Sequence record: SRR31156797_4552
DNA length: 64,000 bases
Strand: one strand, 5' to 3'
Shown: piece by piece, positions 1-10,114 of the stretch
Numbering within the stretch: position 1 is the stretch's first letter
Layout of the letters: the number at the start of each line of letters is the position of its first letter
Position numbers and translations under genes: made by a program
The notes under the pieces: generated by a model
Database searches by the model: none
What the model was told of the DNA's origin: nothing
The model's input: only the letters and a program-made list of their open reading frames with translations

Positions 1-771
1 GGGGCCGAATTCACGCATGAACCAGATGGTAGCGAGAATGAAGACCAGAATAAGGATGTTGTAAAATCTGTAAGGAATGGTTTCCACGAATACGCCATAA
101 GCGTTCATGGTGTAGCCGATGCCCTGCAGGCCGTCACGGATTAGACCGACTTCGTAGGCTACCCAGGTGGAGATCAGTGCGATACCGGCGATGGGTGCTG
201 CGGTGGCATCGATGACGAAAGCCAGCTTCTCGCGGGAAACTTTCATTTTATCAGTCACCGGGCGCATGATGGGGCCGACGGTGAGGGAGTTCGCATAATC
301 GTCAAAAAAGATGAAAAGGCCGAGCACCCAAGTAACGAACTGGGAACTGCGCGGGCTTTTTGCCTTTTTAGCCAGAGCATCAGCGATTGCTTTTGCGCCG
401 CCCATTTTGGAAACCAGCGCAATGAGACCGCCGATGGCCAGACACTGGAGTACGATACCTGCGTTCCATGAATCAGCAAGAGAGCTGAGGATTTCGTTGG
501 ACAGGCGCAGGAAGCCGCCTACAAAGCCGTTGTAAATGTCAAAGCCTTTGGCTTCGAGCATGAAAGCACCGGAAAATACACCGATGAAAAGTGAAAGAAC
601 AACGTTTTTGGTAATGAAGGCCAGAACAATGGCAACCAGCGGCGGAATGAGTGTAAACATACCGAACATTTTGGCATTTGCCGGACCGAGGCTGGAGTCA
701 GCCGCAAAAGCGGGCTGGCAGAGCAGTGTAAATAATACTGTTAGTAAGAACAGTCCTCTCCAATTGCGCAT
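1..771 (-). CDS. Na+/H+ antiporter NhaC-family membrane protein (3' end runs off window)
   Basis: Own translation from ATG at 771: MRNWRGLFLLTVLF...LIPPLVAIVLAFITKNVVLSLFIG...IFFDDYANSLTVGPIMRPVTDKMKVSREKLAFVIDATAAP (NhaC-family signature); AAGGGGG SD upstream; open to position 1. Missing from ORF track because truncated. Confidence 0.9.
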   Translation of the reverse strand, partial: MRNWRGLFLLTVLFTLLCQPAFAADSSLGPANAKMFGMFTLIPPLVAIVLAFITKNVVLSLFIGVFSGAFMLEAKGFDIYNGFVGGFLRLSNEILSSLADSWNAGIVLQCLAIGGLIALVSKMGGAKAIADALAKKAKSPRSSQFVTWVLGLFIFFDDYANSLTVGPIMRPVTDKMKVSREKLAFVIDATAAPIAGIALISTWVAYEVGLIRDGLQGIGYTMNAYGVFVETIPYRFYNILILVFILATIWFMREFGP

Positions 772-1098
772 ATCTAATTTCCCCCTTGAAATATTATGTG
801 TCGCAAAAAAATATGATCTGCTGATCTACTAGAATTTCAACATAAACGCAAATTTGATTTTGTATCTGTTTAATTTTCCATGATAAAATTCTGAAATGAC
901 AGGATTTAAGTACAGAGAATTAACCAAATAGTAATATCATGTCCTTTCCTAAGTATGCAGGAAGTCCGGCTCTTATTTAGTTTCGGGGCAAAAAGTTCCA
1001 TTGTACCCCGCGGCGAATTGGGTTATGGAGTTGCCTGTACAGACACCATTGATAATACGAAAAATGCACAATCCTAAATAACGTTATAAGGAAATCAG

Positions 1099-2367
1099 AT
1101 GTTTTCAAAAAATAAAGCTCTCAAAAGCATATTTGATTCCAGCATTGATGAACTTTGCAAGAGCGAAGGGCTCTCCAAAGAGACCATTATTCAGGGCATT
1201 GAAGATGGGACTATGGTTCTGCTCGGGAACCCCAACCACAAGAATGTAACTCCCACCCTTATCGGGCAGCCCGCAAAGGTAAAAGTTAACGCTAACATTG
1301 GTACTTCTCCTTTTAAGAATGACCGTGAAAAGGAAATGAAGAAGCTTGATACCGCATGGAAAGCAGGCGCACACGCCGTTATGGACCTTTCCACTGCCGG
1401 TGATCTTGATGGAATCAGGACCGATATGCTCAACAGCTGCCCCCTGCCGCTGGGTACCGTACCCATTTACGCTATGGCGCAGCAGTATGTTGCACGTGAT
1501 GAAGATCCCGCAGGTTTCTCCATCGATGAACTTTTTGCAGAAGTGGAAAAAGAAGCTGAACAGGGCGTAGATTTCATGACTCTGCATTGTGGTTTGACCC
1601 GTCGTGGCGCTGAATGGGCAACTGAAGAAGGTGAGCGTCTGCTGGGAATCGTTTCCCGTGGCGGTTCTATCCTTGCCCGTTGGATGCGTGATCATGATGC
1701 GGAAAACCCGCTGCTTACCAACTATGACCGTCTTCTTGAAATTTGCCTCAAGCACAACGTTACTTTGAGCCTCGGCGATGGCCTCCGTCCCGGTGCTGGG
1801 GAAGATGCCGGTGATGCTGCACAGTGGGAAGAAGTTCTTGTTCTGGGTAAGCTTGCCAAGCGTGCTCACGAATATGGAGTTCAGGCCATGATCGAGGGCC
1901 CCGGCCACGTGCCCATGAATCTTGTTGAAGCACAGATTCGTGGTATTAAGGCTGCTACCTACAACGCACCTCTTTATGTTCTCGGACCTTTGGTAACTGA
2001 CTCTGCACCCGGCTATGATCATATTGCCGGTGCTATTGGTGGTGCTATAGCGGTTCAGAACGGTGTGGACTTTCTTTGTTACCTGACTCCTGCAGAGCAC
2101 TTGACCCTGCCTGAGATTGACGATGTCTGGAATGGCGTAAAAGCTTCTCTCGTTGCTGCACAGGCCGGTGAAGTTTCTCTTGGCCGCAAGGATGCTGTTC
2201 AGCGTGACAAAGATATTTCTATCGCCCGTAAGGAACTTGATTGGGACCGTATTGCTGAACTGGCAATTGATCCCGCTCTGGCCTGCGCACGTAGAAAAGA
2301 CCACAAAGATGAAAAAGAATGCGCTATGTGCGGAAAATTCTGCGCAGTTCGCATGCTTTCCGAATAG
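1099..2367 (+). CDS. thiC: Phosphomethylpyrimidine synthase ThiC (radical SAM)
   Basis: KVNANIGTS, MDLSTAG, GIVSRGGS, SLGDGLRPG, EGPGHVP, YLTPAEHL and C-terminal CAMCGKFC cluster motif. Confidence 0.9.
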   Translation: MFSKNKALKSIFDSSIDELCKSEGLSKETIIQGIEDGTMVLLGNPNHKNVTPTLIGQPAKVKVNANIGTSPFKNDREKEMKKLDTAWKAGAHAVMDLSTAGDLDGIRTDMLNSCPLPLGTVPIYAMAQQYVARDEDPAGFSIDELFAEVEKEAEQGVDFMTLHCGLTRRGAEWATEEGERLLGIVSRGGSILARWMRDHDAENPLLTNYDRLLEICLKHNVTLSLGDGLRPGAGEDAGDAAQWEEVLVLGKLAKRAHEYGVQAMIEGPGHVPMNLVEAQIRGIKAATYNAPLYVLGPLVTDSAPGYDHIAGAIGGAIAVQNGVDFLCYLTPAEHLTLPEIDDVWNGVKASLVAAQAGEVSLGRKDAVQRDKDISIARKELDWDRIAELAIDPALACARRKDHKDEKECAMCGKFCAVRMLSE

Positions 2368-2416
2368 TCCTGACTAATACTAAAGAGCCGCTCTGTACGT
2401 TCTATAGATGATAATG

Positions 2417-2450
2417 GCCCGTAACACCGCTGGTGTTACGGGCTTTTTTT
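2417..2450 (+). terminator. Rho-independent terminator after thiC
   Basis: GCCCGTAACACC-gct-GGTGTTACGGGC followed by T7. Confidence 0.85.
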
Positions 2451-2595
2451 GTGTACCCTAATGCAATAAATATTAAACGATCGTTTGAATGCGAGCTTTT
2501 GTCCGCTTTTTGCAGAATCTTCTGCAAGCTGTTTTTCCGGAAAAAATGTTAGGCCGAATTTAGTTGTCCAACTCGCTATTCAAGGACGGGATGTT

Positions 2596-3252
2596 ATGCT
2601 GCAATACGTACGCGAACCCATGAGCGGGTTAACTCATTTTATAGGTTTCTGTCTTGCCATTGTCGGGCTGGTCGCGTTGCTGATTTCTTCGGTCAATCCG
2701 ACCAGTGTTATGCATGTGGTGACTTTTTCGGTTTTTGGCGGAGGGATGGTTTTGCTTTACCTTGCCAGCACTCTTTATCACTGGTTGCCCCTTTCCAAGC
2801 AGGGCATCATGTGGCTGCGCAAGTTGGATCATTCCATGATTTACATCTACATCGCCGCAACCTATACGCCTATTTGCCTTGTGGGCTTGAAAGGTGCGTG
2901 GGGCTGGTCGCTGTTTGCTGCGATTTGGGCCATGGCTGTGGCCGGGATCATTACAAAAATGGTCTGGCTGAGCGCTCCGCGTTGGCTGTCTACCGGGTTT
3001 TATCTCGCCATGGGCTGGCTGGTGATTGTTGGGGCATATCCCTTAATTCAGGCTTTACAGACCGGAGCTTTGCTCTGGCTGCTGGCCGGTGGGATTATGT
3101 ATTCAATCGGTGCGGTTATTTACGCCTTGAAGCGGCCTGATCCGTGGCCGGAATTTTTTGGCTTCCATGAGATTTTCCATGTATTTGTCATGGCTGGAAG
3201 TTTCTGTCATTTCTGGGTTATGTATGAATATATTACTGTGCTTGGCTGGTAA
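2596..3252 (+). CDS. Hemolysin III / PAQR-family membrane protein
   Basis: EPMSGLTH, ASTLYH, RKLDHSMIYIYIAATYTP, GFHEIFHVFV, CHF motifs; ATG at 2596 preferred over upstream TTG. Confidence 0.9.
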   Translation: MLQYVREPMSGLTHFIGFCLAIVGLVALLISSVNPTSVMHVVTFSVFGGGMVLLYLASTLYHWLPLSKQGIMWLRKLDHSMIYIYIAATYTPICLVGLKGAWGWSLFAAIWAMAVAGIITKMVWLSAPRWLSTGFYLAMGWLVIVGAYPLIQALQTGALLWLLAGGIMYSIGAVIYALKRPDPWPEFFGFHEIFHVFVMAGSFCHFWVMYEYITVLGW

Positions 3253-4224
3253 TTATTTGGAGAAGTGATCAAATCCTCCGGCAGTGTATTCTTTGCCATT
3301 GAGCAATATTTTGTGATCCCCGGTGATTGTGCCAATTTGGTGCAGGCCGGGGATTTCTGCTTTTAATTCTGCAAATCTTTCAGCAGAAGCAGCTCCAAAA
3401 AGGGCGTAATCCTCACCACCTAGAAAAGCGTGTTCTGCAGCGGGAATTGATTTTGATTCCGCGTAGCGGATGATCTCTTCGTGTAGTTGTGATTCATCCA
3501 GTGAAATTTCAGCTCCTAAATTGCCGTTACAGCAGCCTAGAAAACGGGGCAAATCACGGGCCAGACCGTCTGAAAGATCCATCAGTCCCTTTACGTGAGG
3601 TGACTCGGCCAGTTTGATCCCGGCTTCTACACGCATGGTCGGTCGCAGGTGGGCTTGGACACATTCAGGGTAATAATCAATAGCTTTTGTCTTCGATTCT
3701 TCAAGCACCAGCAGTCCTGTGCGGGCCATACCTGCCGGACCGTGCAGAAATAGAATATCGCCCGGTTCGGCATTACCACGCGAAAGAAAACGTCCTCCTG
3801 CAGCTTCGCCCCAGACTGTCACTGAAATTCCCAGATATTGACCGCCGGAAAGATCGCCTCCGGCTAGAATCAGGCCATGTTGTTGGGCAAGGGCGGACAT
3901 GGATTTAAAGAAAGGCTCCCAGAATTCACTTTCGAGGTTGGGCGGAATAATCAGACCCAGTGCAAATCCACAGGGCTGGCCTCCCATGGCTGCAATATCA
4001 CTGATATTAACCGCAAGGGATTTGTAGCCGATGTCTGTCGGAGAGAAGTACGAGCGTCTGAAGTGCACATCTTCCAGAAACAAGTCCTTACTGATGCATA
4101 GATCGTTTTCAGTACGCAGGATGGAACAATCGTCTCCACGTCCAAGGGTGACATGACCGTTCTCGGATGGAAAATATTTATCGATCAGGATCAGGAAATC
4201 CTGTTCTGAATTTAATTTTGTCAT
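3253..4224 (-). CDS. thiL: Thiamine-monophosphate kinase
   Basis: GRGDDC, EDVHF, NISDIAAMGG, GGDL, MDLSDGL, GGEDY motifs. Confidence 0.92.
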   Translation of the reverse strand: MTKLNSEQDFLILIDKYFPSENGHVTLGRGDDCSILRTENDLCISKDLFLEDVHFRRSYFSPTDIGYKSLAVNISDIAAMGGQPCGFALGLIIPPNLESEFWEPFFKSMSALAQQHGLILAGGDLSGGQYLGISVTVWGEAAGGRFLSRGNAEPGDILFLHGPAGMARTGLLVLEESKTKAIDYYPECVQAHLRPTMRVEAGIKLAESPHVKGLMDLSDGLARDLPRFLGCCNGNLGAEISLDESQLHEEIIRYAESKSIPAAEHAFLGGEDYALFGAASAERFAELKAEIPGLHQIGTITGDHKILLNGKEYTAGGFDHFSK

Positions 4225-4227
4225 TGC

Positions 4228-6351
4228 TTACAGCATCTCCACAAAATCTTCGACAATGACCTTGGGGCCGAAGCCGGGGAAATTGATACGCAGCTTGTTT
4301 GGCTCAATGCGCTCTATGATCTTGCCGCGTCCGAAGATCTTGTGCTTGCAATGACCAAGCTTCATGGGCGAGGGCTTTTTGGAAGCTGAGATTGAAGGAG
4401 CTGTGTCGACATAGGCGGCAGGATTTACCGGAGCAGTTTTTTTCTTTGCCATGCCTCCGGAATAGGATTCCTGCAATTCATCGAAAAGCTCGGGATCAAG
4501 CTCACGCAGAAACGGGCTGGGAACTGCCGGTTCAGAGAAATCTGTGTTCTTGCGGTTGATGGAGGCCGGGGCGCACATGATAAGTTCCTGCCGTGCACGG
4601 GTGCAGGCCACGTAGAGTAATCTGCGTTCCTCTTCATATTCATTAGGTTTCTGCATGGATTTGCGGGACGGAAAACGGTCCTCAACAAGATCAATGATGA
4701 TAACCGCATTCCATTCGAGCCCCTTAGCGGAGTGGATGGTGGAAAGGGTGACTACGTCTTCCTCTTTCTCTTCCTCGCTGTGTTGATCGGGATCAAGGCA
4801 AAGGTCGGTCAGGAAATATTCCAGATCATCATAGTTTGATGCAATCTGGTTGAGTTGTTCAATTCCGGCCTCGCGGCGCGGGTAATCGTCCGGGTACTGA
4901 GCCACTAACAATGGCTTGTAAAGCGGCACGATGATTTCAAGGCAGGTTGCCGGGGAGGAGTTCTTTTTTCGCAGCCCGTCAAGATCGCGCAGAATATCCT
5001 GTAGCAACTGGTACTTCTTCGTAAATTTCCCCAGTGCTTTCCGGTCTGCTGAAATTACAGCTTGAGCGATTTTTGTTGCGGTCTTGGGGCCTACTCCCTT
5101 GATGTGTCCAAGGGTGCGCTGCCAAGCGATTATATCCGCCGGGTTGCTGACCAATCGCATAAAGGCCAGAACATCTTTGATATGCGCAGCTTCATTGAAT
5201 TTCAGGCCACCGTATTTTTTGAATCCTACACCCAGTCGTTTCAGGGCAACTTCTAGCCCGTAACTTTGGTATCCGGCGCGGAAAAGTACCGCTACTTCTT
5301 CGGGGCCGTGTTTCTTCTGCAATTCGATGATCCGGTCCAGCACGCGGTTGGATTGGCTGAAATCGCTGAGCGGAACCATGAGTTGCGGCTTGCAGCCCCA
5401 TGTCTGTTCGGTGAAAAGTTTCTTATCGAATTTGGTCTCGGCCCCGTCCAGAATAGCGTTGGTCAGGTCGAGGATGGGTTGGGTGGAGCGGTAGTTCTGC
5501 TCCAGCCGCACGACTTTTACATCTTCAAAAATATCAGGAAATTTCAAAATGTTGGTAACGTCTGCGCCACGGAAAGAATAAATGGACTGAGCATCATCAC
5601 CCACAGCCATGACGTTTCCGTTTTTTCCGGCCAGCAATCCTACGATACGGGCTTGCACAAGGTTGGTATCCTGATATTCGTCGACCATGATGTACTGGTA
5701 GCGTGAACGCAGGGAGTTGCGCAGGAATTTGTCCTCTTGCAGCAGTTTTTCAAGGTAGAAGAGCAGATCGTCATAATCCATCAGGCCGTGCTGTTTTTTG
5801 TAAATAGCGTAGCCCTTGGCAATTTGTTCCATTTCGGAAGCGTAGGTTGCCAGATGGAATGCCTCGGAATTGACAAGCGTATCAATGGAAAGTTCTTTGT
5901 TACGCGACTTACTGATCATATCCAGAAGGGTGGATTTCTTGGGGTATGAGCGGTCACCCTTACCGAATTTCAGGCTGTCTTTGACTTCTTTAACCGCTGC
6001 TTCAGAGTCACTGCGGTCCATGAGGGTTATGCCGTTCGGGAAGCCGATTTCAGCGGCATTTTGCCGCAGTACGGAATATGCAAAAGCGTGAAATGTTCCG
6101 CCCTGAGTGCCGTGTAGATTTCTGCCCAGAATCAGTTCGGTACGCTGGAGCATTTCCTGCGCGGCCTTGCGGGTGAAGGTCATCAGCAGGATGGATTCCG
6201 GCGGGATACCTTGTTCCACCAGCCATGCCAGGCGATATACAATTGTACGGGTCTTGCCGCTGCCTGCACCTGCAATTACCAGCACCGGACCTTGAGGATG
6301 TGTTGCAGCTTCATATTGAGCCGGGTTCAATTCATTTTTGAAATCGATCAT
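4228..6351 (-). CDS. UvrD/PcrA/Rep-family ATP-dependent DNA helicase
   Basis: LNPAQ, AGAGSGKT, VDEYQD, VGDDAQSIYSFRGA, QNYRS, TIHSAKGLEW, EERRLLYVACTRA; ATG 6351 with GGAGG SD. Confidence 0.95.
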   Translation of the reverse strand: MIDFKNELNPAQYEAATHPQGPVLVIAGAGSGKTRTIVYRLAWLVEQGIPPESILLMTFTRKAAQEMLQRTELILGRNLHGTQGGTFHAFAYSVLRQNAAEIGFPNGITLMDRSDSEAAVKEVKDSLKFGKGDRSYPKKSTLLDMISKSRNKELSIDTLVNSEAFHLATYASEMEQIAKGYAIYKKQHGLMDYDDLLFYLEKLLQEDKFLRNSLRSRYQYIMVDEYQDTNLVQARIVGLLAGKNGNVMAVGDDAQSIYSFRGADVTNILKFPDIFEDVKVVRLEQNYRSTQPILDLTNAILDGAETKFDKKLFTEQTWGCKPQLMVPLSDFSQSNRVLDRIIELQKKHGPEEVAVLFRAGYQSYGLEVALKRLGVGFKKYGGLKFNEAAHIKDVLAFMRLVSNPADIIAWQRTLGHIKGVGPKTATKIAQAVISADRKALGKFTKKYQLLQDILRDLDGLRKKNSSPATCLEIIVPLYKPLLVAQYPDDYPRREAGIEQLNQIASNYDDLEYFLTDLCLDPDQHSEEEKEEDVVTLSTIHSAKGLEWNAVIIIDLVEDRFPSRKSMQKPNEYEEERRLLYVACTRARQELIMCAPASINRKNTDFSEPAVPSPFLRELDPELFDELQESYSGGMAKKKTAPVNPAAYVDTAPSISASKKPSPMKLGHCKHKIFGRGKIIERIEPNKLRINFPGFGPKVIVEDFVEML

Positions 6352-6360
6352 GATGTATAT

Positions 6361-6453
6361 ATGCCTCCGGCGGCCCTTCAGGTCAGGGAGCAAAGAAATT
6401 TTTTGAAAAAAGTTTCTCTGCACTCTTCAAAAACTGTTAATTAGGCTTCGCCG
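6361..6453 (+). repeat. Intergenic palindromic REP/MITE-like element, copy A
   Basis: ATGCCTCCGGCGGCCCTTC...AGAAATTTTTTGAAAAAAGTTTCTCTG-ACTC-TCAAAAACT...GGCTTCGCCG; aligns by eye with 43599-43684. Confidence 0.75.
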
Positions 6454-6482
6454 CTTCGTGTGTAAAATTAGTTGTGAATTTG

Positions 6483-7778
6483 TTAATTTGGCAGAGTAAT
6501 ATTGAACCAGTCAAGTATGATTTGTCCGGTCTGGTGCATGGTGTTTATCTGTTGTCCGTCGGAACTGTAGAAGAATGCGTCTTTTACAGTATGTGTGCCG
6601 GTTCTGCCGTGGAATCCGAAAATTTCCGTCCGGTCGAATTTTGCTTTGAGGTCAAATCCTGATTTAGCAGTGCAGATTAAGTCCGGTGGATTGCCGATAG
6701 GGCTGTCACCATAAGCTTCGCTTTTAGTGAGAACTTTTTCCACGACCTGTTGTCCGTTGAATTCGAGTTGCATGAGTTTGTCGGTTATTTCAGTCGTGAT
6801 TTTTTCTGCTTGTGTGGGCATAACCTGTCCGTGTGCAAAATCAGATGTATGGATATATATTCTTCCGGGATCAAGAGCAAATGCTTTGCTGGCCGGGGAA
6901 ATGATGGTTGAATCCCACTGGTCCTTAGCAGGTTGGGCGTATTCAAGATAGCCATGCTGTACGAGGAATGTGTTCAGGTCCACTTCAGTTTCAAGTGCTG
7001 CAAAACCGTGGTCGGCAAATGAAATTAGCTTTTTTTCTCCCGGCAGAGCTTCGAATTTGTCCAGCACTACACCGATTGCCCGATCCCACTTGTGCATGAA
7101 TTCAGCAGCCTTGGGGTAAAGGGGATGGTTCTCGTCTTCGAATGCAGGATAGAAAAAATGGAAAAGGCGGTCTGTCTCTGTAAAAACGATGGTGAATAAG
7201 TCCCACGCAAGATCGTTCCAGAACATTTCCAGTGCTTTCAAGCGGCATTCAAGGGTGAGTGCAACTTGATCAAAAAGATAATCCGGGTCCATAATGCCCC
7301 GGCTGGTATCCGCTTCAAGTTGGTATCCGGTATCGCGTAATGGTCCAAGTAAGAATGGTGGCTGCACAGCCTTCGCAAGGGACTCTGCTACAAAGCCGGA
7401 AATAAGCATGCCCCGCAGTGGCTTGGCGGGGTAGGTATTGGGTAGGTTGATGACTTTGCTGATTAATCCTTTTTCACCCAACGCATCGAAAATTGTTGGG
7501 CAGAGCACCTGTTCGAAATTATTGATGGAAAGGGTGTAATTTTGCGGATTTATTGATGTGAACCCGTAAATTCCGTGCTTTTTAGGTTTCTGTGCTGTAA
7601 AAAAAGAAGTCCAGTTTACCGGAGAAAGTTCCGGTAACTCGGCTGTGATGGGTTCGCATTTTCCCGTAATACGTCTAAGATTGGGCATTTTTTTTGCCCA
7701 CTGCAAAGCAAGAGAGGCTGGAAGTCCATCTAGCCCCAATACTACGAATCTTTTACGTTCTGTTGGATTTAAAAGCAT
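6483..7778 (-). CDS. Alkaline-phosphatase-superfamily nucleotide pyrophosphatase/phosphodiesterase
   Basis: VVLGLDG, PELSPVNWTS, HGIYGF, ETDRLFH, ADHGF, TGTH metal-site motifs. Confidence 0.85.
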   Translation of the reverse strand: MLLNPTERKRFVVLGLDGLPASLALQWAKKMPNLRRITGKCEPITAELPELSPVNWTSFFTAQKPKKHGIYGFTSINPQNYTLSINNFEQVLCPTIFDALGEKGLISKVINLPNTYPAKPLRGMLISGFVAESLAKAVQPPFLLGPLRDTGYQLEADTSRGIMDPDYLFDQVALTLECRLKALEMFWNDLAWDLFTIVFTETDRLFHFFYPAFEDENHPLYPKAAEFMHKWDRAIGVVLDKFEALPGEKKLISFADHGFAALETEVDLNTFLVQHGYLEYAQPAKDQWDSTIISPASKAFALDPGRIYIHTSDFAHGQVMPTQAEKITTEITDKLMQLEFNGQQVVEKVLTKSEAYGDSPIGNPPDLICTAKSGFDLKAKFDRTEIFGFHGRTGTHTVKDAFFYSSDGQQINTMHQTGQIILDWFNITLPN

Positions 7779-7845
7779 ATTATTTGAGTATGGTACAGAA
7801 CTAAACTATTAAAATTTTTTAATAAAAGTGCGAAGCGCAGTAAAT

Positions 7846-8730
7846 TTATAAAACTACAAGTTCATACTTTTTCATAAAATGTACGGGATTGTATGATTCT
7901 TTTGCTTTGCGCAAGCCGGGTTCACCGAGATCCTGCTCACGGTTAACGAATTCTTTGTCGCTGGCGTTGTTTTCGAGGAACATCTGGTTAATAGCCTGAT
8001 ATACCCCTTTGAAATAGGTGTTTCCTTTTTCAAAATGAATAACGATGGTGTCATCACCTAAAGGTTCGGCAATGGTGTAGGCGATGATGCGGTTGTCGAT
8101 GCGCAGGGTTCCGCCGGTAAGGTTTTTGATGGTGTCCATTTCCTTGAGTACCTTGGCAATGGCTTCGTTTTCGGCCACCAGTGCGGGGGAGAAATTTTTT
8201 TCTTCCTGCCAGCGATACCATTCAAGCTGCATTTCCAGCACTTCTTCTACACAATCCGGAGTGATTTCACGATATTCATAATCGTACTTTTTCATGAATT
8301 GGCGGTAGAGATTCTTCTTTTTATGGAAACGGTTTCCACGCAGTTCTGTCAGTTCCTGCACAGAGTATACGTAATCGAAATGGTCACGGTTCTCGGTAAT
8401 TTCGATTCTGTCGCCGAAAATTTCTTTGAGATGCAGGGCCAGTTTTTCAGGTACGCGGGTAAATTTGGTGCCGGGGGTGTTCATGAGTTCGCACTTTTTC
8501 CAGTCCGCGCTGAACCAGTCCCCTATGGGGGCCCAATTGATTATTTCAGGCTTGGTCTGGCGTACGTGGATAAGTCCTGATTTTCCGCAGCGTAATTCAA
8601 GACCGTAATGTTCGGTCCAGCCCCATATGTTGGCAAAGGTGAAATCAGAAGTGCGTTGCGGGCAGGCTGCTAGAGCCCTTTCAAATTCGTCCTGACATTC
8701 AAGGGTTATGGGCTTGAATTCGTTATTCAT
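7846..8730 (-). CDS. Stand-alone DUF2156 (MprF-synthase-like, GNAT-fold) protein
   Basis: SDFTFANIW, DYVY...L.G.RFHKKKN, IHFEKG, GVYQAIN, NREQDLG.PGLRKAKESY pattern typical of stand-alone DUF2156 proteins. Confidence 0.8.
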   Translation of the reverse strand: MNNEFKPITLECQDEFERALAACPQRTSDFTFANIWGWTEHYGLELRCGKSGLIHVRQTKPEIINWAPIGDWFSADWKKCELMNTPGTKFTRVPEKLALHLKEIFGDRIEITENRDHFDYVYSVQELTELRGNRFHKKKNLYRQFMKKYDYEYREITPDCVEEVLEMQLEWYRWQEEKNFSPALVAENEAIAKVLKEMDTIKNLTGGTLRIDNRIIAYTIAEPLGDDTIVIHFEKGNTYFKGVYQAINQMFLENNASDKEFVNREQDLGEPGLRKAKESYNPVHFMKKYELVVL

Positions 8731-10114
8731 TACTGGTCCTTTTATTGTTTTTCTTGATCATGCTGAATTTCTGCCAGTTCTTGCATGAGAATGTGTAAAA
8801 AATGATGGATGCCTGCAATCCCTGTGAGATGAGCATGGCCATCCATATTCCGGTGGCTGAATGCATAACTTCATGACCCAGAACATAGGCCAACGGCAAT
8901 CTGCATCCCCAAACAGTGATGGCGAAAATGAACAGGTTGTAGATGGTCGCTCCTGCACCGTTCAAAGCTCCGGCCATGATCATGGAGGTCAGGGTGAACG
9001 GAATGGCGAGCATATTGTAGTAAAGATAGTTTACAGCTTCATCAAGGACCACCTGTTCCGGGGCGATGATGGAGGTTACCGGATAAATAACCTGCCAAAG
9101 CAGCAGCGCGGTGATGCTTAGGAACCCGATAGCCAGAAATAGTATTCTATACCCGAATTTTTTGGCTTCGTCAGCTTTACCGTCACCAAGGTAATGCCCG
9201 ATGATGATCGAAGCGGTCATGTTGAAGGCAAATGCGGGCAGGAATAGGATAGATTCAATGCGGATACCCGCGGTCATACCTGCCAGCGCGATTACGTTAT
9301 TTTCGGGTAGGCTGGCGGTGATGGAATAAAGTACCATATATCCGGAATGCCAGACTAATTGCATCAATCCGCTGGGCCATGCAACCTTGAATAGATAAGG
9401 GAAGGCACTTTTCATCCACCTGAGAGGTGCAATGCATTTGCGGTGCAGGTCACCAGAGCGATAGAGAACCGCGAGGTTGAAGAGCGCCCCCATGGTTACG
9501 GAGCCGAATGTTGCCCATGCAAGGCCCTTGTAGCCGAGATCGGGCATTCCCCACATGCCTAAGCCCAAGCCTAAGTCTCCGATAGTGTTGGTGGTCGTGA
9601 CAATAATCATGCTGTACAGGGGAAGCATGACTTTTTTTTGCGCCCGGAAGACCGCATTGGTAATGATCAGCATGTAGTAAATAGGCACGAGATAGAGAAA
9701 TACTTCGATGAAATATTCCATCACGTAACGCATTTCGGTGGGGACTTGTAGAATAGTCAGGATTCCGTTGCGGTATGGAAAGCCGAAGGTGAAGATTATC
9801 AGGCCTAATATGGCTCCGAGGATGCAGCACAGACCAACATACCGTTTTGCCCTCAGCATCATGCCTGCACCGATGGATTGGCTGATTGCGGCCACTGATC
9901 CGTTGGCGGTTGCCATGGCGATGACCAGAAAGAAAAAAAGTGACTGACTGATCATACCCATGGAAGCCTGAATTTCACGCCCCAGTTTGGACGCTACCCA
10001 GACATCCACAAGACCGATCATCAAGTGGAAGAGCATCATCAGTATTTGCGGCCATGACAGGTTCCATATGGTTCTGTATGGAGCGTTGGTCATGTCTGCT
10101 GTAGTCATATTCAT
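8723..10114 (-). CDS. MATE-family (MOP superfamily) transporter
   Basis: About 12 TM segments, LSWPQIL, LVDVWVASKLG, GLAWAT, GIWMAMLIS; overlaps the DUF2156 gene by 8 bp. Confidence 0.9.
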   Translation of the reverse strand: MNMTTADMTNAPYRTIWNLSWPQILMMLFHLMIGLVDVWVASKLGREIQASMGMISQSLFFFLVIAMATANGSVAAISQSIGAGMMLRAKRYVGLCCILGAILGLIIFTFGFPYRNGILTILQVPTEMRYVMEYFIEVFLYLVPIYYMLIITNAVFRAQKKVMLPLYSMIIVTTTNTIGDLGLGLGMWGMPDLGYKGLAWATFGSVTMGALFNLAVLYRSGDLHRKCIAPLRWMKSAFPYLFKVAWPSGLMQLVWHSGYMVLYSITASLPENNVIALAGMTAGIRIESILFLPAFAFNMTASIIIGHYLGDGKADEAKKFGYRILFLAIGFLSITALLLWQVIYPVTSIIAPEQVVLDEAVNYLYYNMLAIPFTLTSMIMAGALNGAGATIYNLFIFAITVWGCRLPLAYVLGHEVMHSATGIWMAMLISQGLQASIIFYTFSCKNWQKFSMIKKNNKRTSNE

